64,000 bases of DNA from contig CAXXQS010000001.1 in assembly GCA_963674735.2 (NCBI GenBank), forward strand, positions 2,304,001 to 2,368,000, given 5' to 3'. The position numbers and the translations under genes are program-made. This document shows, piece by piece, positions 49,212 through 59,533 of the stretch. The DNA is from Myxococcota bacterium (lineage in GTDB: Bacteria > Myxococcota_A > SURF-8). The notes under the pieces were generated by a model that saw only the letters and a list, made by a program, of their open reading frames with translations, was not told where the DNA came from and searched no databases. How positions within the stretch are numbered: the stretch's first letter is position 1; every line of letters begins with the position of its first letter.

Positions 49212-50344
49212 GCCGCCGCCTCCTTTCGACGCCGCCAGGCTCCCCGAACGAACACCGCGCCGAGGGTGAGCCCGATAAAACCGATCGCCTGCCAAGCGTA
49301 GCCCTGCAGCAAACCCACGGTTTCGCCGAGGGTCACCGGGTAATGCAAAAACATCTGGAAGCTTTTAGCAAATGGCGTAAAGGGAATAACGGTAGCGACG
49401 GCGGCGATCCAGCGCGGGAACATGTCCGTCGGCCAGGTAATGCCCGAGAACATCAGCGACAACATGCCCAGCAAGATGGCGGCCTGCAGCGCCGACAGCC
49501 GGTTGGGTATCAGCGCCATGGCCGTCGCCACCAGCAGAATGTCCAAGGCGAGAAAGATCGCCAGGTGCAACGTCACCACCCCGATGGACGCCATGGGAAT
49601 GATGGACACATAGCGCATCAGTCCATAGAAAAAGATCCAGCCCAAAAACAACCCGACCAGCCACACGCCGATCGCCTGTCCGAAACGCCGACCGAAAGCC
49701 GCACGACCCTCCCCGACCAAATAGGGCGACGCAGCCAGGATAAGGACGTATACGTGCAGAAAGAACATCAACAACCCCGGAATCAGGTAAATCACGTAGT
49801 TTCGTGCCGGGTTGAAGGTGAAATTGGCATCGATCACGATAGGCGCTACCACGGCGGAAACACGCTCCTTGCGCTCGCCTAGCTTGCGTACCAATGTGAG
49901 TTGAGCGCCGCCGCCGATGGTGGCGACAATCGTGCGGATGGCCTTGTAGGCGTTGCGGCCCACCAGAATGTTACTCATGTCGATGGCGGCCAGCACGCTG
50001 GCGCGACGGCCCTTTTTGAGGTCGGACGATAAATTGGAAGGAATCACCACCACTGCGGCCAGTTCTCCGCGAATGAGTTTATCCTGCGCGTCCTCCACCG
50101 AATTCGGGGCGGGCGTCACCAAGCGCAGCTCGCGAGCGGTGGACAAATGAGTAAGGATGATGCGGCTGATGCTGGAGTTGTCGAAATCCAGCACGGCCAC
50201 CGGGGCATCCTTGACGACCAGATCCCGGTAGACGTCCATGCAGATCCACGAAGCCCCCAGAAGCAGGAACAACAGGATCACATAGCGGCGTTCGGCGAAA
50301 GACCGGCGTAGCTGGTCGCCGAAGCCGTTCCACATTTCGCGCAT
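49208..50344 (-). CDS. ABC-2 type permease (YbhR/YbhS-like)
   Basis: VAVLDFDNSSISR, FNPARNY, FSGITWPTDMFP. Confidence 0.88.
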   Translation of the reverse strand: MREMWNGFGDQLRRSFAERRYVILLFLLLGASWICMDVYRDLVVKDAPVAVLDFDNSSISRIILTHLSTARELRLVTPAPNSVEDAQDKLIRGELAAVVVIPSNLSSDLKKGRRASVLAAIDMSNILVGRNAYKAIRTIVATIGGGAQLTLVRKLGERKERVSAVVAPIVIDANFTFNPARNYVIYLIPGLLMFFLHVYVLILAASPYLVGEGRAAFGRRFGQAIGVWLVGLFLGWIFFYGLMRYVSIIPMASIGVVTLHLAIFLALDILLVATAMALIPNRLSALQAAILLGMLSLMFSGITWPTDMFPRWIAAVATVIPFTPFAKSFQMFLHYPVTLGETVGLLQGYAWQAIGFIGLTLGAVFVRGAWRRRKEAAA

Positions 50345-50347
50345 GGA

Positions 50348-51316
50348 TCAGCGCCCCCACGTCCAGCGAACCGTCATGCCCGGCCGAAGTTTTTCGACGG
50401 CTGCGGTAGGCCTGGCTTTGATTTCGAAGCTTTTCAAATCGAAGCTGTTTTTATCGTTGGTGGCGCGCCAGGTAGCGAAATCGCCCATGGCGGCAATGTT
50501 GAAGATGGTCAGTTCCACATCGCGTCGCAGCGCCGGAATATGGACGTTGATCGTGTCGCCTTTGCTGATATCCGCCAGCCAGTCTTCCCGCACCGCAAAC
50601 ACCACCCACAGATCCTGCATGTCCACCAAGGTAAGAATCGGGTAGCCGGTGGCGGCCAGTTCGCCTTCGTGCAGCACGATCTTGGACACCTCGCCCGCAA
50701 TAGGGGCGTATTGCGTCGTTTCTTTCTGGTAGCTCTGCACCTCGTCCAGGGTGCTTTCCCCCTGTTTGACCAAGGCCTCCAACGCCTCGATTTCTTCCTT
50801 GCGTGCGCCTTTCATCACGAGATCGTACTTCGCCTCGGCCATGGCCATCTGGTCTTTGGAGACATTGTACTTGAACTCCACCTCGTCGAACTTGGCCTGC
50901 GGGAAAGCGCCGCTATCGCGCAGCTTCAGCATCCGTTCATAGGTTTTCCGGGTGATTTCAACCTGGTGCCGCGCCGCCTCAAGCTGCTTGCGCACGGCCT
51001 CTTTTTCCTCTTTACGCGCGCCCTTGCGGGCCATGGAAAGCTTGGAGCGCACCGCGTCGATGGAGGCCTGCACCTGATCCATCTTCGCCAGGATCTCCTC
51101 GCTTTCAATCGTCACCAGCTTCTGGCCCTTCTTCACCTTGTCGCCTTCCTTCACCAGTAGCTTGGACAGCCGACCCGGTATTTTGGAGGCCACATCGACC
51201 TCTACCGCATCCACCAGCCCTGTCACCACCTGTTCGTTCGTGTCTGTGGCGCTCATGCAGGCGCCGAGCAAAAAGACACACAGAATCCCGCAGAATGCGA
51301 TGTTCCGATACGACAT
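50348..51316 (-). CDS. HlyD-family membrane fusion protein
   Basis: VASKIPGRL..LLVKEGDKVKKGQ, APIAGEV, GDFATWRAT, LRPGMTV. Confidence 0.92.
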   Translation of the reverse strand: MSYRNIAFCGILCVFLLGACMSATDTNEQVVTGLVDAVEVDVASKIPGRLSKLLVKEGDKVKKGQKLVTIESEEILAKMDQVQASIDAVRSKLSMARKGARKEEKEAVRKQLEAARHQVEITRKTYERMLKLRDSGAFPQAKFDEVEFKYNVSKDQMAMAEAKYDLVMKGARKEEIEALEALVKQGESTLDEVQSYQKETTQYAPIAGEVSKIVLHEGELAATGYPILTLVDMQDLWVVFAVREDWLADISKGDTINVHIPALRRDVELTIFNIAAMGDFATWRATNDKNSFDLKSFEIKARPTAAVEKLRPGMTVRWTWGR

Positions 51317-51906
51317 ACCACTCCCCTTGTTTTGATGACGGTTGGTTCGTGCGCTCGATCGAGAAGCCGGTGGCTCGCTAAGCCCGGCGTCAGTCTCCTT
51401 GGCCGGAAGACGTCTTGGGAAAACGGTCTTGGGGGAACCCATCATCCGTTTGCTCCATGCCCATCAATGACAGGCCGACCGAAAACGAAGGTATTGTATG
51501 AAGGATTTTGAAAGAAAGTCAATGGAAAGCTTGGTGAAAGCGCATTCTTTGGACATGTCGATCCGAATACCCACCGGGCCACTCATCACCACTGGAAATT
51601 GATAACTAATTCTTATTGCAGCTGGACATATGTCACCAACTAAGCGATCACAAACTTTATTAAATGTGTCGCAACCGAAAGCTGCACATCTGCATCTTAC
51701 TGTAATTACTAGACCTATCTCAAACATTTCAACTTATAGGAATTTCTTATATGAGACTTATTTATTAGATGTTTTATTGACACAGCTATGCCAGAATGAT
51801 ACGGATTTTCTAAGTTAACGTTTTTCGAAAGACAATCGGTTCGATTGGGATCTTTAAAAAATCGGGTGCATACAACGTTTTCATTTTTTTCACGGGAAGC
51901 TCGCTC

Positions 51907-53634
51907 ATGCCGGAAGAAATCAAAACGCCGATATCGGCCGAGGCCGATATCGCCAAGGCTTTCGAACCATCGGCCACCTCTGTCCGACAAATGCGTAGCC
52001 GCCTACTGCTTCGCCTGCTGTTGGTATCGTTAACCCCCCTGCTTCTTTTGTTCGTCTATTTCCACTTTCAATTCCGCAGCACTTTGGAAGAACGCAGCCA
52101 ACGCCAGGTACGCACCATCGCCATCAATCACGGCACCTATGTCGATCGGCTGATCGAAACCAAAGCCTCGGCTCTGCGTAGTCTGGCCGAATCAGACCTG
52201 TGCACCTTCCCGCCGTCTAAAGACGATATCCAACGCTTATACAAAATCCTTACGAGCCTGGATAACATCGTTCTGGATGTGGGCGTATTCGACGACGAAG
52301 GTCGGCATCTCTACTACGCCGGACCTTTCCAGTTCCTAGAAGGGCGCAATTACGGAAACGAGCCCTGGTTCAAGGCGCTATCCAGCTCGGAAAACCCGCT
52401 CTACATCAGCGACGCCTACCTGGGTTATCGTCACGAAGCCCATTTCATCATCGCCGTGCGTACGGAAGTGGAGGGTCGCCGCTGGTACGTCCGTATGACC
52501 ATCAACCCCACCCGGTTCGGCGATCTGGTCGAGGACGTTCAGCAACTGGTCGGAGCCGATGCTTATCTCATCAACCGTGAAAACGTGTTTCAAAGTATCG
52601 CGCCGGAACTCGGCAAACCCCTCTCCCTGGCCCCCACCGACATGCACCCCGACTCTGAAGCGGACCGACCGCCGTCGATGATTGCCGAAAAAGGCGGTTA
52701 CCTGTTGGCCTTCTACCCCATGGAGTCGGTCGCTTGGACATTGGTGGTGCGTCAACCGCTGAAACTGGCCTACGCCCCGGCCGCCCAAGCCATGTGGGTT
52801 TCCCTGGCCATCCTCGGCTTCGGCATCGTCTTTATCGTCTTCGCCTCCCTGCTGGCCAGCACGACGTTAGTCCGTCATTACGTACGCTCGGAACGAAACC
52901 GCAAGGCCTTGATCGATCAGTTGGTGCAGGCCGGCAAAATGAGCACCATGGGTGAAATGGCCGCCGGAGTGGCCCACGAAATCAACAACCCGCTGGCCAT
53001 TATTCAATCCGAATGCGGCCTGATGGAAGACTACCTCGACCCGGCCTTCGGCGATCGCTTCGACCGGGACGAATTCAAGCGCCGCCTGCGTTCCATCATC
53101 GACGAATCCAATCGCTGCCGCAGCATCATTCACAAACTGCTCGGCTTCGCCCGGCGGACCGCTTCCACGATCCGGGATTGCGATCTCAACCAGTTGGTTG
53201 CCACCACCGTCGAATTGGTGCGCAAAGAGTTGAGCCTCGAAAACATCGAAATCGTTCTGGATCTAAGTCCCGAGCTGGAACCGATCCAAACGGATGGCGA
53301 GAAAATCAAGCAGGTTTTGCTGAACTTGATCCGCAATGCAGCCGATGCCATCGGCAAAGACGGACGCATCACTATCCTGACCACCCGCAGCGCCACCGAA
53401 ATTTCGTTCATCGTCAGCGATACGGGAAGCGGCATTTCCGAAGAAAATCTAAAGAACATCTTTTTACCCTTTTTCACCACCAAAGAAGTGGGAAAGGGAA
53501 CGGGTCTCGGCCTGTCGATCAGCCATGGCATCGTCACCTCGCTCGGAGGCCGCATCGGCGTCACCAGTCAATTGGGAGTTGGAACGTCATTCGAGATTGC
53601 ACTGCACACGCGAAACGGACAAAGGAAGGGCTAA
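51907..53634 (+). CDS. Membrane sensor histidine kinase (Cache domain)
   Basis: 2 TM; AGVAHEINNPL, NLIRNA, SDTGSGI, PFFTTK, GTGLGL. Confidence 0.95.
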   Translation: MPEEIKTPISAEADIAKAFEPSATSVRQMRSRLLLRLLLVSLTPLLLLFVYFHFQFRSTLEERSQRQVRTIAINHGTYVDRLIETKASALRSLAESDLCTFPPSKDDIQRLYKILTSLDNIVLDVGVFDDEGRHLYYAGPFQFLEGRNYGNEPWFKALSSSENPLYISDAYLGYRHEAHFIIAVRTEVEGRRWYVRMTINPTRFGDLVEDVQQLVGADAYLINRENVFQSIAPELGKPLSLAPTDMHPDSEADRPPSMIAEKGGYLLAFYPMESVAWTLVVRQPLKLAYAPAAQAMWVSLAILGFGIVFIVFASLLASTTLVRHYVRSERNRKALIDQLVQAGKMSTMGEMAAGVAHEINNPLAIIQSECGLMEDYLDPAFGDRFDRDEFKRRLRSIIDESNRCRSIIHKLLGFARRTASTIRDCDLNQLVATTVELVRKELSLENIEIVLDLSPELEPIQTDGEKIKQVLLNLIRNAADAIGKDGRITILTTRSATEISFIVSDTGSGISEENLKNIFLPFFTTKEVGKGTGLGLSISHGIVTSLGGRIGVTSQLGVGTSFEIALHTRNGQRKG

Positions 53635-55665
53635 ATGGCTGGCAAACAGATCGACATTTTACTGATCGATGACGAGGTCAAGTTTACCGAGAACATGGAG
53701 CGGCGGCTTGAACTACGCGGATACACGGTACATCTCGTCAATCGCGGCGAAGAGGCCATCCGCCAGGTACGCCTATACGACTACGACGTCATTCTACTTG
53801 ATTTGAAAATGCCCGGCATGAGCGGCCAAGACACCCTCAAGGAAATCAAGAAGCTCAGCCCCACTTCCATGGTGATCATCCTCACCGGGCATGGCTCGTA
53901 TGAAACCGCCACCACCACCGGTAAACTGGACGCCTTTGCGTATCTCGAAAAGACCATTCCTTTCGACGACTTGCTGGGCGAAATCGATACGGCCAAGCGC
54001 CAACGTATCGACGTCAAGATTCGTGAAGACGAGCTACCCGATGCCAAACCGAGCGTCAAACAACGTTTGATGGGGGTCACCAACTACCGACCACTGTTCA
54101 TCGTCATCGGGTTGTTGCTTTTCTTCACCATTATCCTGATCCCGACACCCGACTCACTGATCAACCTGGTGGGAGCATCCAAAACCGGCCAGCTCGGCGA
54201 AACCGTGGCGGGATATGCCGGATACCGCTCCATGACCGAAGGACAGACCATCGCCCACTACTACGCCAGTTACGTCAAATTCGTGAAAGGGCCCGATATC
54301 GATTATCCGGCCGAGATGGGGGCGTTCAAAGCCAAGGTCATGATCGCCCTGCTGGTCATCGCCGCCTTTTTCTGGGGCACCGGGGCGATTCCCATCGGCT
54401 TCACCGCCATTTTGGTGGCGGTCGTGATGTACGGTTTCCAGATCATGAAGCCCGACATGGTGGCCACCTCGTTCATCAAGGATTCGGTGCTCTTCATCTT
54501 CGGTGTTCTAGCCATGTCGATCGGAATCGCCAAAACCGGCCTCGATCGCCGGATCGGCGTTCTGTTGCTGGGTTTATCCTCCAACATGCGGCGCTTCCTG
54601 TTCATCTTCTGCCCGCTCTTCGCCGTCACGGCTTCCTTCATTTCCGAACACGCTTTGGTAGCGTTTATCGCTCCGATCATGGTCGTGGTCTACGCCGCTT
54701 CCATCCGTGCCGCCGGCATCAAGGAAGACCGCGCGCTGGGCATCTGTTTGCTACTGATCGTGACCCTGGTGGGCAACATCGGTGGGCCGGGATCGCCCAG
54801 CGCGGGCGGGCGCAACGCCATCATGTTGGGGATACTCAAAGATTACGCCTCCGCACCCACCTACGGTGAATGGGTGATGTACGGCCTGCCTTTCGTCCCC
54901 GTCATGGCCGTGGTGATCGGCCTGTATTTCTATTTCGTTCTGGTGCGCCAGATTAAAGTGAAAGATGTCAATGTCGCCAAAATCGTCAAACAGGAATCCA
55001 AGCGTCTGGGTCCGATGGTGGGCAAAGAATACCTCATGGCCGGAATTTTGGGAGTGGTGATTCTGGGCTGGGTGCTGGTTTCGGATGTGTTCGGCATGGC
55101 CGGTCCGGTGTTGTTCGGCTTGGTATTGATGGGAATATTCCGCATTGTCCGCTGGCAGGACATCAGCCACATCAACTGGGATGTGGTCGCGCTTTATGCC
55201 TCGGCCACAGCAATGGGCAAGGGCTTGGCCATCACCGGTGCTGCCCTCTACATAGCCAACGGTTTCATCGCGGCCCTGCCCGATTTCTTCACCAGCGGTA
55301 CCGGTCTAGCCGTCGCGGTGAGCCTGTTCACCAGCATCGTCACCAACTTCATGAGCGACGGTGCGGCGGTGTCGGCCATCGGTCCCATCACCACACCCAT
55401 GGCGATTCTGGCCGATACCCACCCTTGGATGATCGGCTTCGCCACCGCCTTCGCCTCGTCGTTCGCTCACATTCTCGTAATCGGCACCCCGAACAACGCC
55501 ATCGTTTACGCGGTGGCCGTGGATCCTGACACCGGCAAGCGGCTGATCACACTCGGCGATATGGCCAAGCATGGGTTTTTCATCTGGATACTATCCCTGC
55601 TGGTGCTATGGATCTGGCTGTTTGGAATTTACTGGCAATGGATCGGCTTCCCGGCCATCAACTAA
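53635..55665 (+). CDS. Receiver domain fused to SLC13/DASS-family permease
   Basis: N-terminal REC (LIDDE, LLDLKMP, LTGHG, EK); then TGLDRRI, FISEH, GGPGSPSAGGRNA, TNFMSDGA, IGTPNNAI. Confidence 0.9.
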   Translation: MAGKQIDILLIDDEVKFTENMERRLELRGYTVHLVNRGEEAIRQVRLYDYDVILLDLKMPGMSGQDTLKEIKKLSPTSMVIILTGHGSYETATTTGKLDAFAYLEKTIPFDDLLGEIDTAKRQRIDVKIREDELPDAKPSVKQRLMGVTNYRPLFIVIGLLLFFTIILIPTPDSLINLVGASKTGQLGETVAGYAGYRSMTEGQTIAHYYASYVKFVKGPDIDYPAEMGAFKAKVMIALLVIAAFFWGTGAIPIGFTAILVAVVMYGFQIMKPDMVATSFIKDSVLFIFGVLAMSIGIAKTGLDRRIGVLLLGLSSNMRRFLFIFCPLFAVTASFISEHALVAFIAPIMVVVYAASIRAAGIKEDRALGICLLLIVTLVGNIGGPGSPSAGGRNAIMLGILKDYASAPTYGEWVMYGLPFVPVMAVVIGLYFYFVLVRQIKVKDVNVAKIVKQESKRLGPMVGKEYLMAGILGVVILGWVLVSDVFGMAGPVLFGLVLMGIFRIVRWQDISHINWDVVALYASATAMGKGLAITGAALYIANGFIAALPDFFTSGTGLAVAVSLFTSIVTNFMSDGAAVSAIGPITTPMAILADTHPWMIGFATAFASSFAHILVIGTPNNAIVYAVAVDPDTGKRLITLGDMAKHGFFIWILSLLVLWIWLFGIYWQWIGFPAIN

Positions 55666-55709
55666 GACCGTTAACCGAAAGCTATTGAGACAAAACGGAG
55701 GAATTCACC

Positions 55710-56192
55710 ATGAGCGAAAAAATCCAAGTCCTGTTCGTGGACGATGAGGAGAAATTCCTCGAAAACATGGCCACCCGCCTGCGTTTGCGCGATCTGGAAG
55801 TCGATACCTTCAACAACGGCCAGGAGGCGCTGGACGCATCGCAGTCCAAGCGCTACGACGTCGCCCTGCTCGACCTGAAGATGCCGGGGATGGATGGCGA
55901 AGAACTGCTGCTGAAGTTGAAAGAACGCGATCCGTCTTTGGAAGTCATCATCCTCACCGGTCACGGTTCGATCAAATCGGCGGCAACCCTGACCAAAGAA
56001 GGCGCTTATGAGTATCTGCTGAAACCTTGCGATCTCGATGATGTGATTGGCGCGCTCTCCAACGCCTTCGCCAAGCGAGTCAAAGCCAGAAACGAGCAAA
56101 AGACGGCGCGCGTCAACACGTTGATGGAAGAGGCCGTCAATCTCAGCCCCATCGAATTGTTGCGCAAGCTGGAAGAACTGGATCGCGAGTAG
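55710..56192 (+). CDS. Response regulator (REC plus short tail)
   Basis: FVDDE, LLDLKMPGMDG, LTGHG, LKPCD. Confidence 0.93.
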   Translation: MSEKIQVLFVDDEEKFLENMATRLRLRDLEVDTFNNGQEALDASQSKRYDVALLDLKMPGMDGEELLLKLKERDPSLEVIILTGHGSIKSAATLTKEGAYEYLLKPCDLDDVIGALSNAFAKRVKARNEQKTARVNTLMEEAVNLSPIELLRKLEELDRE

Positions 56193-56208
56193 ATTCAGGC
56201 GATTGCGA

Positions 56209-56239
56209 TCGACCCGGTACGCCAGCGGCACCGGGTCGA
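56209..56239. terminator. Hairpin between convergent genes
   Basis: TCGACCCGGT...ACCGGGTCGA. Confidence 0.55.
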
Positions 56240-56247
56240 CACGCCTC

Positions 56248-56967
56248 TCAGGCGAGAAGCGTTAAAGACTCGATGAGAGGCGGATCTTCCTTCTCGATGA
56301 TCTCGATCACATGCTTGTTCATGCGCCGTTTCATCTCGGCAAAGATGGGGCGGTTTTTGGCGAACGACTGGGCGAAAGTCAGGCTTTCGGATAACAGGCT
56401 GGCTTCGTCGGGGAAGGCTTTAACCACAATGTGATCCGCTTCCGCCTCGGCACCGCCGACCCGTTTGCCCATGAGCGCCATTTCGGCGAATTTATACTCC
56501 GGCAACGCGCGGCGCACGACCGCCTGCATACCCGGCATGAAGGGGATGTTGATATCCACTTCGGGGAAACAGAAAAAGCCCCGGTCGGCGCGCATGAAGC
56601 GGAAATCGCAGGCGCAGGACATGATGCTGCCGTCGCCGAAGGCGTGGCCGTTGATCACGGCAACCACCGGCATCGGCAAGGTCATGATCCGCACGAACAT
56701 CTTGTTTAGTCCGTTCATGAAACCGCGCACTTCATCGTGACGCGCCGCATCGCCGATGGCGGCCATCATCCAGTTCAGATCGATACCCAACGACCAGTAT
56801 TTGGGATCGGACGACGTCAGCACGATACCCTGCATCGACGGATCGGCCTCGATTTCGTCGAAGGCGGTCAACAGGGCGTCTATAAACTCGGGATTATGGC
56901 GATTTTCACCGTTATCCATCACGATACGTGCAACGTTCTGCTCTTTTTCCCAATATAGAATACTCAT
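56248..56967 (-). CDS. Enoyl-CoA hydratase/isomerase family protein
   Basis: WSLGIDL, VAVINGHAFG, ACDFRFMRADRGFFCFPEVDI. Confidence 0.92.
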   Translation of the reverse strand: MSILYWEKEQNVARIVMDNGENRHNPEFIDALLTAFDEIEADPSMQGIVLTSSDPKYWSLGIDLNWMMAAIGDAARHDEVRGFMNGLNKMFVRIMTLPMPVVAVINGHAFGDGSIMSCACDFRFMRADRGFFCFPEVDINIPFMPGMQAVVRRALPEYKFAEMALMGKRVGGAEAEADHIVVKAFPDEASLLSESLTFAQSFAKNRPIFAEMKRRMNKHVIEIIEKEDPPLIESLTLLA

Positions 56968-57060
56968 AGCCGATCCTTTCCGCAGCAGGTCATGGGTCCT
57001 ATTCAAGCGGCGACAGTTTAACAAAGCCGCGTCATTTTCCCAAGCATTTGCTAGATAGAG

Positions 57061-57098
57061 AAAGAAAAAACGGCCCCCGGCGGAACCGGAGACCGTCG
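57061..57098 (-). terminator. Rho-independent terminator
   Basis: Minus strand ACGGTCTCCGG-TTCCG-CCGGGGGCCGT plus TTTTTCTTT. Confidence 0.7.
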
Positions 57099-57120
57099 AT
57101 AACGACGTATATTTCGGGTT

Positions 57121-58938
57121 TTAGCGCCCCAACTTCATAAAGCGCGCATGTCGCCAGGCCTGCCAGGAAGCCGGACGCATGGGATTGAAGGGCGGCGGAT
57201 TGGTCCAGGTCGGTAAATGCCGAATCATGCTGACCGGCGGCTCGGCTTTGAAAACCGCACGGGACTGTGCGGGCTGGTCGGGTCCGCTTGCCTGCGTGGG
57301 CCAGCCGGAATAGTCCATCGACGTATTGGCGACCAACAACGCACCGCCCTGCACGTTGAAGGGGGCCGTCTCGTCGATATTGCCCGATCCATCGATCCCC
57401 AGGTAGCGAATATCGGCGCCTTGCGTTCCAGGATAGTCCACGCTGGTGGCCGTCAACTTGAAAAGCGCACCCGCAAAGGGTTCTAAATTCAGGCTGGTCG
57501 TTCCGGTCGAAACGGTCGGTCCACTGGCCACCGTAGCGGATGCCAACCCGTTGAAACTGTAGAGACCGCTGTCCGCCTGCGTCCAGAAAGCCGCCAGCAT
57601 ACGCTGGTAAGCGGTGGGCAGATCCATGCCGATTTCGGTCTGCAAGAAGGTGTTCACCTCCTCCGGGCTACCATCCGATAACGTGAAGATATCGGCATAA
57701 GCGGCGACATCGCCGGTCATTTGACCGGCCACATAGGCCCAGAACAGATAGGCCACCGCATAATTGGCATATTCGGCATAGCGCCAATGCGCCAGCGACA
57801 AACCATCACCGATCAGACCATCCGGATCCCATTGGAAGAACTGCACCGCGGTCGTGTTCTCCCCGTAAACGGCATTGATGGCGCTTTCGGCCAGACCTTC
57901 GTCGTGATACTCCCAATATTCCTCGGTAAAGCCGTGATAGCCGTGGTAGAGCAGGTGCTGGAACTCATGGGCGATGATATGCGGAAAAGATTGCGGGTCC
58001 GTAACCACGTTGAGATGGATCATGTCCATTTCGTTCGAATGAAGCCCCCACCAGGACATGGTTGTGGCATTGGAATACTGGTTGATCGACGAAAAGTAGC
58101 CGCCGTAGTAGTTCTGACCATCCAACGCCAAAAGCAGGATTTTGTCGTTTTCGTCGAAATCGGGGGCATCGGCCAACAGATCGGTCAAAGTCGGATAGAT
58201 ATCGTCATCGAAAGTATCGAGCAGGCTCTGAGCGTCATTGATCGCGTAACCGTCCTGGACGTAAATCACGCAGTGCTGACCCACCGCACGCCGATAGGCC
58301 GTGATTTCCTCGTCTTCGTAACTCTGGCTGGAAAAATCGGTCACCCAGAAGTTGCGTTCATCCGCCGACCAAAACACCTCGCTGGGACCGATATCATCGC
58401 CATCCGCGATGGACAAGGTGTATTCCACCCCGAGTTTCTGCCGGGCGCTGGTGAGGGTAGCCGTCGACGTATCGGCCTCATACACGACACTCGCGACGGA
58501 CAATGCACCCAACAGCGAATCGAGACCATACGATGCCCGTCGTTCGGCGCGCTCGCTTCCGGGATCGCGATCGAACCGCACCACGACCGTCCGCTCGTCC
58601 GGCGCCTCGATGGTAAGGATTTTCACATCTTCCCACGCGGAGGCCGGCTCGTCGCCATCGGGCATATCACCGTCGGACTCATCCCCATCGGGATCGTCGC
58701 CGTCGGGGTCATCGCCGTCGGGATCGTCACCATCGGGATCGTCGCCGTCGGGAAGTAACAGTTCGAAATCACTATCGCTATCGCCATCCGGAAGCAGGCG
58801 GTCCCCATCGGTCGCATCCGGGTCATCGCCATCCTCGGGATCACGGTTGTCGTTGACCGTATCGCCGACACAGGCACTCAGAAAAAGAATCAAACCAGCA
58901 AGAATCAGCAGTGAAAATCGGGGAAACCAGCGTGTCAT
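57121..58938 (-). CDS. DGD-repeat lipoprotein with zinc metallopeptidase domain (M30-like)
   Basis: Lipobox LSAC; PDGDD repeats; GGYFS, IAHEFQHL, DEGLAE. Confidence 0.85.
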   Translation of the reverse strand: MTRWFPRFSLLILAGLILFLSACVGDTVNDNRDPEDGDDPDATDGDRLLPDGDSDSDFELLLPDGDDPDGDDPDGDDPDGDDPDGDESDGDMPDGDEPASAWEDVKILTIEAPDERTVVVRFDRDPGSERAERRASYGLDSLLGALSVASVVYEADTSTATLTSARQKLGVEYTLSIADGDDIGPSEVFWSADERNFWVTDFSSQSYEDEEITAYRRAVGQHCVIYVQDGYAINDAQSLLDTFDDDIYPTLTDLLADAPDFDENDKILLLALDGQNYYGGYFSSINQYSNATTMSWWGLHSNEMDMIHLNVVTDPQSFPHIIAHEFQHLLYHGYHGFTEEYWEYHDEGLAESAINAVYGENTTAVQFFQWDPDGLIGDGLSLAHWRYAEYANYAVAYLFWAYVAGQMTGDVAAYADIFTLSDGSPEEVNTFLQTEIGMDLPTAYQRMLAAFWTQADSGLYSFNGLASATVASGPTVSTGTTSLNLEPFAGALFKLTATSVDYPGTQGADIRYLGIDGSGNIDETAPFNVQGGALLVANTSMDYSGWPTQASGPDQPAQSRAVFKAEPPVSMIRHLPTWTNPPPFNPMRPASWQAWRHARFMKLGR

Positions 58939-59107
58939 ATCAAACTCCTTCAAACATTACAGTTCACCTACCATAATGGAATCGACCCGAATGTCAATCG
59001 CTTGATGAACCGACACAATTTAGCGCTCAGTGCACAGAGCACCTATCGAAAACTTGCACCGACCTCTTTGAGAGGGTAAAATACGCTATTCTCGATCGAT
59101 GCATTGA

Positions 59108-59512
59108 ATGAAACCGGGAAATGAAATGAGCGAGACGACCGAAAGCCCTGACACAGCCAACAGACCGGAAGAACTTGAAAATTCAGCTACATTCGGGCCA
59201 CCTCTCCCCGAATCGCCGCCGCCGCTACCGATGGCGAAATACTGGCACGCACTCCCCATCCTGTCGGGAGTCCTGCTCCTGATCTATGCTTTCCGTCATC
59301 CCAACTGCTGGCAATGGGTATCGGAATCGGGCGTCCAATGCCTGTATCTGCACCTCCTGCTGGTGGCCTTTTTCTGCTCGATGATCTACTTCGGCGACGT
59401 CCTCTTCAAATTCCGCTACAACACCCCGGCCGAGCGGCGCAACGCCGGGCATTTTGCCGGAACCGCCCTGCTGGCCCTCTGGGATCTCGTCATCCTATCC
59501 GAGATCGTTTAA
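59108..59512 (+). CDS. Hypothetical membrane protein (3 TM)
   Basis: Hydrophobic segments; TTGCAC-17-TAAAAT promoter at 59054-59082. Confidence 0.65.
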   Translation: MKPGNEMSETTESPDTANRPEELENSATFGPPLPESPPPLPMAKYWHALPILSGVLLLIYAFRHPNCWQWVSESGVQCLYLHLLLVAFFCSMIYFGDVLFKFRYNTPAERRNAGHFAGTALLALWDLVILSEIV

Positions 59513-59533
59513 CCTATCTATTCGTTATTACAA

